A DNA stretch of 62,934 bases, the filler included, from Octopus bimaculoides (lineage: Eukaryota), in NCBI RefSeq assembly GCF_001194135.2. It is 5 parts of 5 records of this genome, joined end to end, with 100 filler letters (N's around TTAATTAATTAA, not from the genome) between each part and the next. Parts side by side here need not be neighbours in the genome. Positions count along the whole stretch, not along the records: positions 10,898 to 31,574 come from NC_068991.1; 4 more parts are not named here. One strand, 5' to 3'. Below the pieces are notes generated by a model. The model saw only the letters and a list, made by a program, of their open reading frames with translations. It was not told the origin of the DNA and searched no databases. This document shows, piece after piece, positions 11,214 through 23,089 of the stretch (positions within the stretch are counted from its first letter, which is position 1; each line of letters starts with the position of its first letter). Made by a program: the position numbers and the translations under genes.

Positions 11214-14152
11214 GGTTGGTCGGAGTTGAAAACAGAGGTAGGATTTGGAAGCAGAGAGAAGAGTAGACAGGAGAAACAAGGAAATAATCATTGAGCTGTT
11301 AAGGATGAGGAACAGGTACGTTATACAGTGAACCCTGATACTGTGGTGGGTGTACATGCTGGGGAAGTGAACCAACTAGATAATGAATTGCTTGAAATTC
11401 AAAGACGACTCACCGAGTTGATGAATGCTCCACAAGAAAAATGCCCCACAAATATGAAAAGAGTAGATAGTAGTATGATAAACAAAGTAACACAAAAGAT
11501 AAATACTGTCATACCATACATCCAGACGGAGGACATAACACAAACAAGGAATCTTCTCCGAGCTATTGCGCTACTTCTCGAGGAGAAATTACAACTTATG
11601 AGAACAAAAAATGGTGGAGCAAAAAAAAACATGGTGGAAAAAATTCATTGAAAGGGACGTAATGCGGGCAAGTCAAGATCTAGGAAAAATTGAGCAATGG
11701 CTAAGAGGAAACTGGAAAAATGGGAAAAAGACCGACCGAGAAAAATTAGAGAAGAAATAAATAAAAACTGAAGAATGGGTTTGATGCAGTAATAGAACAG
11801 TTAAAACAGAGATACCAGAAGATCAGAAGATTTGTGATCAGAAATAAGCAGTGCGAGGAGTACAGATTGTTCTAAAATAACCCGAAGCAATTCTTCCGAA
11901 AGTTAGAAGGAGACAATGGGGAAAATGTTGCTTCTGATGCAAATCAAGCCAAGGAGTTCTGGAGCCGATTATGGGGAAACAATGGGGTACATAAAAGGGA
12001 TGCAATAAGAATAGGAACTATCAAGACAGAATTACATGGAGGAAAGCAAAAGAATATTATCATGAGCACAGGTGATGTGAAAGTACAAGTGGGAAAAAAG
12101 CTTCACTGAAAAGACCCCGGACCTGATGGGATTCATGGCTTCTGGCTGAAGAGATGTCACGCGGTGCATGAAAGACTAACAGACCAATTCAATGAGTGTG
12201 TCCACAAAGGTGCAGTCCCCATGTGAATGGTGACTGGGAAGACAACACTTGTAATGAATGATAGAAGAAAAGGGAATATTGTGGGAAACTACCACCCGAT
12301 AGCATGCCGAAGCATAATCTGGAAGATACTCACTAGAATATGTGCGGTAAACACATACACTTTCCTGGCACAGAAAGAAATACTACCAAGGGAACAAAAA
12401 GGGTGTAGGAAGAGTTCTCAGGTTACCAAGGATTACCTAGTCATTGATAAAACAGTTTTGCGGCAATATAAAAGATATACAAACATGTCTATGGCTTGGA
12501 TTGACTTCAGGAAGGCATATGATATGATGCCTCATTCTTGGATCGTTGAATGCCTGCAAATGTTTGGTGTTGCTGACAATAACACAAATTTTCTGATGCA
12601 TAGCATGAAAGAGTAGAAAATCAAATTGTATTCAAGTAATGTATTCCTTGGAAAAGTTAATATTAAAAGAGGTATCTTCCAAGGAGACTCGATTTCTCCG
12701 TTACTATTTGTAATTGCACTATTACCCATAACAATGACACTTAGAAAAGTTAAGATGGGTTACCGATGTAGGAAGAAAGGTGCAACATTTAACCTTCTTC
12801 TGTTTATGGATGACCTGAAATTGTTTGGGAAATCTAAAAAACATAGATTCCTTAACCAAAACAGTCCAGAAGTGTGGTAGGGACATCGGTATGGAATTTG
12901 GGATTACCAAATGCTCAGTACTTAATATGGAAAGAGGGAAGAAAGCATCCTGCAGAGGATTGCGGTTACCATCAGGAGAGACCATGAATGAACCTGATGG
13001 TAGTGGGTATAGATATATAGGGGTTTTGGAGCTGGATGACGTTCTGCACAGAGAAATGGAAGTCAAGGTCAGCGCGGCGTATAAAAAAAAGGTGAAGATG
13101 GTGTTGAAATCCAACTTGAAAGCCAAAAAGTTTGATTACGCAATAAATATCTGGGCAGTTTCAGTGGTCAGATATAGAGCATCCATCCTCAAATGGACTA
13201 AGGAGGAAATATCAACATTAGATACAAGGACGGGGAAGTTGATGACACTGCATGGGGATTACCTAAAGCAAACGTAAACAGGCTGTATATGAACAGAAAG
13301 AATGGTGGCAGAGGACTAATTAGTATAGACTATTGTATAAGGAGTGAAAGGAGAATGCTTGCCGAGTATTTGATAAATAGTGATGAAGACCTGCTGCAAT
13401 ATGTCGCGAAAGATGTGGGTGTAAATGCAAATGAAATGATGGGCAAGGAAGAGTTTAACCAAAGAACTGAGAAGAGAAAAGACCTTCTTGAAATGAGAAT
13501 GCATGGACAGTTTGAAAGGAATACACAGAACGTTAAGGATAATACAGCATCGTGGGCATGGCTTGAGTGAGGTGATTTGAAGTGTACCACCGAAAGACTG
13601 ATTATTGCTGCACAAGACCAGGCTCTTGCTACCAAGTCAGTGAAGTATAACATCTATAAAACTTCTGACACCCAGAAATGCAGACTTTGTGGAAAGAGCG
13701 TGGAAAATGTGATCCACATGGTAAGTGGGTGTGAGAGCCTTGCACAAAAAGAATACAAGTGTCGCCACGATAAAGTGTGTATTTTCATTGGCTCTTATGC
13801 CGTAAATACCAATATGAAGTAACAGAGAACTGGTATGAGCATGTACCAAATAAAGTTATGCAGGAGAATGGAATAGTAACGATACTCTGGGACTAGGATT
13901 TTCAGATGGATCGTGTAATCGAACACTGTCGGCCAAATTGTCATATTGAATAAAAGAGACAAATACTGTCAACTCAATAATGTAGCCATACCAAATGACA
14001 CGAATGCTGTGAGTAAAGAGGTTGAAAAAATCACCAAGTACTTCGAATTGAAAGTGGAACTGGCAAGACTGTATGGAATGCACGAGGGTAATGTAAAAGT
14101 GATACCATTGGTGATCGGAGCGTTGGGTTCAATCCCATTGAAACTTCAAAAC
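11214..14152 (+). mobile_element. R4/Dong-clade non-LTR retrotransposon (RT, CCHC and REL endonuclease), decayed and truncated at both ends
   Basis: RT motifs YHPIAC, KAYDMMPHSWI, GIFQGDSISPLLF (12671-) and LFMDDLKL (12800-12823). Also AAQDQAL, CRLCGKSVENVIHMVSGC (13679-) and V+P+VIGALG. Many stops and frameshifts. Begins immediately after (TAA)n. Confidence 0.92.
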
Positions 14153-14159
14153 TAACAGT

Positions 14160-14855
14160 ATTAGCATCGCCTCTTCATAGTTAGCTTATAAACATTTCAG
14201 CCCACTCTCGTAGTTGTCATTATGGTTCTAATTTCTGCTCTGAAGTATAAATTGTGATTGGTCCCGATTAAAATTTCGCGTGTGTGGTATCAACTAGTGG
14301 CCTCAATCTGGGAAGATGTTGTGTCTCGAATGTGAGAGGTTCCTGTTTCTTCTGCTTAAGCCAATTTCTATATATATGTTCGAGGGCGGAATTTGGTCTT
14401 GTAGGGGAACGGATAGGATTTGTCATACTTGATTCTCTGCAAGAATGGGTTCTCCGATGCATATTCTCTTTTGAAATTTTGCTTCAAAGTGACTAAACCA
14501 GTCGTTATTTTTGTCTCCATCTTCGAAGAGAAATTACTTCTTCATTCTCGCAAGTTTGTTTCCAGAGTTGGACGATGTTGTAAAGTTACCCTTCGGCCTT
14601 CCTAGCAATTTCCATACTTATATTTTCATCAATTTTATTTAATTTTTCTCTCCCGTGACTGAGCACTAAGTCTTAGGAGTTCTTACTCCATTTTAAACTT
14701 ATCCAGGATCATTTTTTTCCTTACGTTTTCTCTGCTGATCAGGTTCATTTGGGGTGGCTTCAAAATCGACAGCAACCAAACCAAGAAACAGATCTGCTGC
14801 CTAAAAACCTAATTACTTTCTTTTGTGAACATCTGCGACCTGAAAATGGCATACC
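14160..14855 (-). pseudogene. degenerate retroelement ORF remnant, possibly Penelope-like N-terminal region
   Basis: Near-continuous reading across stops and a frameshift, ..LWKQTCENEEVISLRRW/DKNNDWFSHFEAKFQK... No catalytic motif seen, so the family assignment is recall-based. Confidence 0.3.
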
Positions 14856-14857
14856 TA

Positions 14858-16142
14858 TCAGGTCATCCCATAAGTTCTGTCCGAATTTTGAATAAAGAAA
14901 ACAAGTGATCAATAGTTATATTTAATTGAAATTTAATAATCAATGTACTTTCCCTGATTATCTATGACTTCCTTACATGTATTTACAAGCTTTTTAATCC
15001 CATCAAAGTAAAGCTCTTTTGGTTTCAAAGCAAAGAACTCTGAAATGCAAGTTTCGACCTCCTCCTGGCTTGTGAAATTTATGTCTCCCAAATGATTCTG
15101 TAAACTACGAAACAAATGGTAGTCTGAAGGAGCAAGGTCGGAAGAATAAGGTGGATGAGGAATTTTTCCCAACCAAGTTCTTCGATTTTCTGTGATGTGA
15201 TCTTTGCAGTGTGGGATCGCGCATTGTCCTAATGAAACATCACTCCTTTTCGATTCACTAAAGCGGGTCTTTTTTTCTTCAAAGCTTGGTTCAAACGCTC
15301 TAATTGCTGGCAGTAGACTTGAGCATTGAGTATTGCATTAGGTGTTAACAATTCAAAGTGAATTACACCATTGCAGTCCCACCAGATAGAGAGAAGAACT
15401 TTTTTCCATGAAGTTCCCTTCTCGGTTGTGGTTGAGTTTTTTCCCTTTTACCAAGCCACTGTTTACGACGTTTAACATTTCGATAGAAGATCCATTTTTC
15501 GTCACCAGTCACAAGTCTATCCAAACAGGGTGAAATGAGTTCGCGAGAATGGAGAAAAGAGCAGATGTCAACTCGGGATTGCAGTTGCTTTCCGACAATT
15601 CATGAGGCACTCATTTTCCAAATTTAGGAACCTTTCCAAGTCGTTGAAGATGACGATGAACAGTTGTATGGTTTGAAATAAGCTTTATTGCCAATTCTTC
15701 AACTGATAATACAGGATTTTCTTCATGTAATGCCTCAAGGAGCTTATCATCAAACTCAACTGGACATCCTGTTTGATTTTTATCTTCAAGGCTGAACTCT
15801 CCACTTCTGAATTTTGAAAACCATCTTCTGCATGTTCTTTCATTCAAGCATTCTTTCCCATAAACTGAGTGTATATTTCGAGTCACTTCGGCTGCAGAGT
15901 TTCCATTTTTCTACTCATAAAGCATTATGTGCCTCGAATGCTCTTTGGATACTTTCATGTTAGAAAGGGTTTTAATCAAGGAAGTTTTAATTCTATTATT
16001 CTGTAAAATAATATTTAATTAGTTTAAATGTACACAAATGCATAAAAATAATTATAAATTCCATTAGACATTCTCAAATACTATTAAATTTCATTCAATT
16101 TTAACAAAGGTAAAATCGGACAGAACTTATGGGATGACCTGA
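14858..16142 (-). mobile_element. full-length mariner (1285 bp) with dead transposase
   Basis: 27-bp perfect TIR TCAGGTCATCCCATAAGTTCTGTCCGA, with TA at 14856-57 and 16143-44. Transposase runs 15958->14933 with stops: RTCRRWFSKFRSG, HPPYSSDLAPSDY, GKYIDY*. Confidence 0.95.
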
Positions 16143-16149
16143 TAATTGA

Positions 16150-16480
16150 AAAACTCTATATGCATGAATAAATTCAAACCATTTGTTCTCCAAATTTAAT
16201 CAATAAAAATTCTCTATACTATCTGGCCACCTCAACCTACCATACAGCATAATTGCCATTCAATGGAACTCAGGTTACCCTTGAAAATTTTTAACTTAAC
16301 AGAGACTATGTAAAGCCAAGATGAACTTGTACGAATAACCATCTGATGATGGTTTCGCTACCCGAAACTTCAAAGTCACTGTGAATACTATTTTGTTAAA
16401 GAATAATACATTTTTACTCTACCAAATGTACTGAGTAATCCTCCAATTTAATATAATCCTTCAATTTAATTTTTCTATTT
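16150..16480 (+). repeat. probable Penelope-like terminal region with hammerhead-like core
   Basis: CTGATGA-TGGTTTCGCTACCC-GAAAC-TTCAAA-GTC at about 16343-16374. Stem I is not intact. Confidence 0.4.
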
Positions 16481-17045
16481 TAACATAAAAACACATAGAC
16501 ATACACACAAACATATGCAAACGAATGAGTGAGTAAATGAAAAAAAGTAGCGCCTCAAACATTTGCTGCGAGTTACATGTTTTTAATATACGCAATATAC
16601 GCACCCACAAATCTTTAAGTCATACAGAGCTGAGTCAAACTGCAATTAAATAAAAACACAGGCATATATAAACATGCATTTACGTATGATATGGGAAATC
16701 AAAGTGGAATATACTACGGACAGGCAGATAGGTAGATAGGGAAAACGGATAAGGATATGTAATATAGTGAGTAGTAGAATATTTATTGATGAAGTCACTA
16801 TGAGAGGAAATTTCTTTAAAAATAATTAAAAGTCGATAAACCTTATCAAACCACTTGTTTACATGAATCTGTGTTGTCTATTTTTATCTTCATTGATTTC
16901 ATTTAAGCTTGTCCCCCCTCTTCTTTTTGTTTAGTGTCTATTTATTTTGTTATATAATTATATATTTTTAATGGAATATGTTATGAAATAAGGTGCAATG
17001 AGTTATATTGTTTTCCGCGTTTCATTGGGTTGATATACGATGCAC

Positions 17046-17487
17046 TGAGTCATCTTGCTGCAGAGGAAATCTGTTTAGTGACGTCATAAGCTGCTGACAC
17101 CGGAATTTCCGTAATAAGCAACGAATATCGTTAAAGTGCTTTTTCGATTAAGCTTGTTATATGTGTGACACGGCAAATCGGTCAACTTCAAAGTTTTACT
17201 TAAATAGCTAAGCGAATGCTTCTTTCTTTCTTTCTCTCTCTCACTCTCTCTCACTCATTTTCTCAAACATTTTGCATATATATACACAGGCATACTTTTG
17301 GCATGTATATCTTTCTATCTTTATCCCTCTTGTTTTTCTATAAGTATATAGATATAAAGAATTAGTTCATGATTCCCTTTACTGCCCAGTTTCATACATG
17401 TACTTTCGATTAGGAAATTCCTGGTGAACAAGACTGTAGGGAGAAACATATTCAAATAACACTGGTTGTGGTGGTCAAATGGTAAGA
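17046..17487 (+). promoter_or_regulatory. candidate inducible promoter and first exon ending ATG|GTAAGA
   Basis: TGAGTCA 17046-52, TGACGTCA 17079-86, GGAATTTCC 17102-10, TATAAA 17353-58, GGAAATTCC 17413-21, ATG 17479-81, donor 17482-87. Lies in non-repeat sequence. Confidence 0.4.
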
Positions 17488-19154
17488 CTTTTTATTGATT
17501 AAATTTGTGGAAGTGCTAATTGTTGGAATTTATTCGTGCAAGTTGAGATTTGCAATTAAATATGTATGTTTAGGTGTGTCAGCTTTAGTTCATGTAGGTT
17601 CAGAAAATAATGTAATACAGTTAGTACGCAGATGGGTATTATTCATGGTCTTCCACCTATTTGCATTGCATTGCTTAGCTGGACGAAACTTCGAATCACT
17701 GTTAATACAATTCTTGTCAATGATTCATATATGTGTCTGTGTGTGTGTTTATGTGTGTGTAGTTTAACCTTAAACTTCGTTCAAATTGTATTTAAAACGA
17801 TGATAATTTATGTAAGCTGGTTTTTGTATATAATATACATGTTAGCATATATTATAATGGATGTAGGGATGATTATGGTATGTTTATTATTTTGATATTT
17901 TGATATTTTTAATAATTTTTCTATCTTTATAAAATAAGTATTTTATATAAATTTATTTGGTACTTATTGTTGGTTGATATATATATATTTATTTATTATA
18001 ATTATTGTTCTATTTACGATCTGACGATTAGCTGTATTTTTGAATAGAATTTATTTTCGATAATTTTAATTGATTTTAATCGATTTAAATTTCCTTTCTA
18101 TTTGAAAATTAGTTATGAAACACGTGNNNNNNNNNNNNNNNNNNNNNNNNNNNNNNNNNNNNNNNNNNNNNNNNNNNNNNNNNNNNNNNNNNNNNNNNNN
18201 NNNNNNNNNNNNNNNNNNNNNNNNNNNNNNNNNNNNNNNNNNNNNNNNNNNNNNNNNNNNNNNNNNNNNNNNNNNNNNNNNNNNNNNNNNNNNNNNNNNN
18301 NNNNNNNNNNNNNNNNNNNNNNNNNNNNNNNNNNNNNNNNNNNNNNNNNNNNNNNNNNNNNNNNNNNNNNNNNNNNNNNNNNNNNNNNNNNNNNNNNNNN
18401 NNNNNNNNNNNNNNNNNNNNNNNNNNNNNNNNNNNNNNNNNNNNNNNNNNNNNNNNNNNNNNNNNNNNNNNNNNNNNNNNNNNNNNNNNNNNNNNNNNNN
18501 NNNNNNNNNNNNNNNNNNNNNNNNNNNNNNNNNNNNNNNNNNNNNNNNNNNNNNNNNNNNNNNNNNNNNNNNNNNNNNNNNNNNNNNNNNNNNNNNNNNN
18601 NNNNNNNNNNNNNNNNNNNNNNNNNNNNNNNNNNNNNNNNNNNNNNNNNNNNNNNNNNNNNNNNNNNNNNNNNNNNNNNNNNNNNNNNNNNNNNNNNNNN
18701 NNNNNNNNNNNNNNNNNNNNNNNNNNNNNNNNNNNNNNNNNNNNNNNNNNNNNNNNNNNNNNNNNNNNNNNNNNNNNNNNNNNNNNNNNNNNNNNNNNNN
18801 NNNNNNNNNNNNNNNNNNNNNNNNNNNNNNNNNNNNNNNNNNNNNNNNNNNNNNNNNNNNNNNNNNNNNNNNNNNNNNNNNNNNNNNNNNNNNNNNNNNN
18901 NNNNNNNNNNNNNNNNNNNNNNNNNNNNNNNNNNNNNNNNNNNNNNNNNNNNNNNNNNNNNNNNNNNNNNNNNNNNNNNNNNNNNNNNNNNNNNNNNNNN
19001 NNNNNNNNNNNNNNNNNNNNNNNNNNNNNNNNNNNNNNNNNNNNNNNNNNNNNNNNNNNNNNNNNNNNNNNNNNNNNNNNNNNNNNACAATTATATTTAA
19101 ACATTGGATGGAGAAAACCGAACCCAGTATTTACATGCTAGTGTCTATAGCTTC

Positions 19155-19174
19155 AATCTATCTATCTATCTATC

Positions 19175-19247
<73 letters not shown>

Positions 19248-19268
19248 GTCTGTCTATCTATCTATCTG
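19155..19268. repeat. (TATC)n microsatellite
   Basis: Directly visible. Confidence 0.95.
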
Positions 19269-19719
19269 TGTGTATGTGTGCATGCGCGCGCGTGTATGAT
19301 AAGTAACAAACTGCCTGACGTTTCCATTTAACTAGCCACAGGACATTTAACCCTGTTGTATGAGCGGTATGCTGGAACTGCAGCTGCCATCTCTGCCACA
19401 ATTTTTGTCATTGTTTAGTTGTTATTAATGCAATTTTCTTGATCGTGCCAACTTGGACAAGGGATGCGTGGCCACGAATCTCAATGGTCTGTTTGTTTGT
19501 CCCCTGCTTCCGTCAAATGTAAATAATGTAAATAATGTACATAATTCCTCATCTTTTAAATATAGAACTGTATGTGGAGTTATGCTGATACACCGCCGAC
19601 CTTACAGTTAGCACTAGGACATTTGTGAAAGGAAGTGGCCACTGACTAACTTCACCTCTGATATATGACGCCTGATGCTCGTAATGTAGTTGTTATTCAT
19701 GTTATTATTATTATTGTCA

Positions 19720-19940
19720 TTAAGTCGTCAAGCTAGAGAAATCGTTAGCACGCCGGGTAAAATGCTAAACGTCTTCTGTTAGTTTTTACGCTTTGAGTTC
19801 AAATTCTGCTGAGATCAACTTCACTTTTTATCCTTTCGGGGTCGATAAGATAAGTGCCAGTGGAACACTGGGGTCAATATAATCGACTTACCCCTCTCCT
19901 AAAGTTTCAAGCCTTTGTGCCTATAATAGAAAGGATTGTT
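19720..19940 (+). mobile_element. SINE family B
   Basis: AATCGTTAGCACGCCGGG..GAGTTCAAATTC..TCCTTTCGGGGTCGATAAGATAAGT. Confidence 0.8.
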
Positions 19941-21349
19941 ATTGCCATTGTTAAGGCGGCATGCTGGAAGAATAATAGAAGAGATTATTAGTGTTGCTGT
20001 CGTTGTGACTGGTATTGTTGTTGCTTTTGACCACGGCATTGAGTCTATGTTCAGTGCTATCTTTTCTTTGTTTTCCCTCTGTTGCGTATATATGTGGACG
20101 GTTGTGAGTATGTACGAGTATCTGTCTTTGTCTAAATAAGTAAGAGGGCGTAACCACTGCCAGTATTCTCGTATCGACCTTGCTATCTTCTGTTTACTCC
20201 TTCCTACTACTTAGCAATCTATCACCCCCGTACCCCTCCACTGCATTGAGGTTGCAGGCAATTTGCACAACGGGCATATATATTGAGCAAACGTAGAGCA
20301 AGCACAACACTTTGTATTTTTGACCTGAAACACTGATGAGAAGTTCACTAAGATTAGGCAAACATTTGTGTAATCTTGTCTGTTGATTTACTGAAACGTG
20401 TATACGTTATATAAAGTTTAAAATATAAAAAATGCTTTCTATATTTTTCGTTAATACATACACGCGCGCGCGCACGCATGTATGTATATATATATATATA
20501 TATATGACAATTACGGTTGGCATGCATTTTAATTAATATAGATGATATTGTTAACGTTGTGTTGCTTAGTCAAATTATGTGTTGACTCAAGTAGTTCATA
20601 AAAACAAAAGTCATTCAATAGGTAATATGATAGCGACTAAACAATCTCTATTGAGGTTTCTTTTCTATTTACAGTACATTGGTCGTCAGAGAAAAGATTA
20701 GAGTGTAGAGCAGTTATTAAATTACTTTTCAATATCTGGATAAAGACTCCCTTGATGACTCGTTTTTAACAAACTCTTCTATAATTAAGATTAAAAAGCT
20801 ATTTGAATATACATTCTATTTGATGGATACATAAATAGTGTACAGTTCATTGCTGCTTGCAGATATATATCTATTGTTTGTCTTTCATTTATCTGATTTT
20901 TCTTTGTATTTGTTAACTCCACTTACATGTTTAGTATGTCTGTGGGTATAGTATATATACATATCATTAACAGATTATATCATATGCTATATACTTACAT
21001 AAATACAAACTCCATTTTCTTCATATATCTTCACTGATAACTGTCCTTACTTATTAACTCTTAGATACAAGACTTGTTTTCGCTATCCGAGGAAAAACAG
21101 AAAACTAATATTTCCAGTATCGATAAAATGAATTGTCTTCATATTGTTTCGTTTGTTAGATTTATGTGGCGATTAAACTGTTGTATGTCATGATTCAGAT
21201 TTATCTTGCAAAATATCTTGCTATGACTGCTGCTAGAAGGATAAGGATCAAGAAAGGATTTTCGTGTAGAAGTGACTGAATTCAATTGAAAAGGAAGCTT
21301 GAATTTCAATAAATCATAATGCTAGCTAATCCTACTTTCAGGAAATCTA

Positions 21350-21682
21350 GTCACGTGACATTGAATTCTAGATTGAGTTAAATACTGTGCACAGGAACCG
21401 AATGATATTGACGGCTGATTAAATCCCTTTTCCCATGTCCAACCGATATTAGCAAACCGAAGGAAAACAATATGGAATGTTTTCTGAGTGAGATGGATCT
21501 AAGAAACCAATGCGATAATAATCGTAGTAGATTGAACTCAAGTTAGACAATCGAAATAGTATATAAATAACTTATTCAAATCATCTTCTCTTCTATTCAA
21601 CGACTAGCTGAGAAGATAATCTACGGATAAGAAATTAACTAGAACGATTGGTAATTTGCAGCTGTTATGTGTTTAAGTAAGT
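21350..21682 (+). promoter_or_regulatory. candidate TATA promoter with short non-coding first exon
   Basis: Palindromic E-box GTCACGTGAC 21350-59, CCAAT 21507-11, TATATAAA 21560-67 and consensus donor GTAAGT 21677-82, with canonical spacing. Confidence 0.4.
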
Positions 21683-22033
21683 CACAAATCTTTGTTGTAT
21701 CCTTTAGATTACTTTTTTCGCTGGCCGGATTCCCACCGATTCAGAGACGATAACAGAGAGATTAAGTACAATATCTTCAGAACCAATGAAAAGCAAGTTG
21801 TTAATCCCGCACATCAACTGCCTGCAGGCCTTTCAAACTATTCCTTCTCCATACCGTTATGCTTTCTTTCTCAGAAATTGATGTCATATATGTGCCTTGT
21901 GAATAATAGATAGTACCATTGATGCAAATAGATAATATGATGTGTGTGTGTGTGTGTGAGTGTGTGTTTGTGTTTGTGCGTGTGTGGCAGAAAATGTGTC
22001 TATTTCGGAGTGCGCATAATCATGCACACTCTT

Positions 22034-22081
<48 letters not shown>

Positions 22082-22900
22082 TATACATGGTTCGGTTATA
22101 TAAGTGTGTATGTGCGTATGTTGTTGACAGAAAAAGAAACAAACAAGTAACGGAATATTTATACATGACAAGCCTAATTACAATGGCGTTCTATTCAACA
22201 ATCAATCGGTAATCAATTGGCAATCCTTCGACAAACGATTTCACTTTATTTATTGATCTGTGCTAGATATATCAATCGGCTTTTAATTGCTTCTTTAAGG
22301 CAGAAATGTATATCAATATATTATGTTAATGAGATACTCTTTATGGCAATCCTGGAAATAATGGTTTAGCTTCGTGTGTTTCTCTTTCATGGGAATGCGC
22401 ATGCGTGTGTATGTGTGTATCTGTGTATCTGTGTGTGTATTAAAGAGATGTATTTATAAGTGAGTGTGGGTGTGTGCTTGTGTAGTGGGTTACGTTCTAT
22501 GTGAGGTGTTCTCTTTACTTCTATAATTTCAGTTGCAGACATTGTTGTGTACACTCCAAAGTCTGAAGGTTATTTTACTCCAAGGCCAGGAATTAAGAGG
22601 AAAATGGGTTGGTCGATTCCACTGACTTCAGTACTAGATCAGTACTTTATTTTATCAACATTGAAAGAATGAAATGCTTGTGTATATAAGCAATTACAAG
22701 CGAAAATATAGGTTTGGAAAAGTGTACGTTTCATACATATACACATTTGTTTGTGTGTGTGTGAGTGTGTGTATGTGTGTGAGTCTGAATGTGGATGTGT
22801 GTTTATATACATTGTGTCGGTGTGAGTGTGAGAATATCTGAGGTACATATAAGATTTATATGATGACCATATATATCTCTACGTTTGTGTGTATCCATTA

Positions 22901-22943
<43 letters not shown>

Positions 22944-22967
22944 ACACACACACACACAAACACACAA

Positions 22968-22998
<31 letters not shown>

Positions 22999-23089
22999 TA
23001 CACGCGCGCGCGCGTATATGATATGCATACATATACATGTATATACAGTCATACTACGTTTTACGTGACTCCTGGTTTATGAGTTTTAT

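Noticed and set aside
14724-14799. 76-nt minus-strand segment with good AG and GTAAGG splice sites
   Set aside because: It lies inside a longer degenerate reading frame that continues on both sides, so it is more likely retroelement sequence than an exon.
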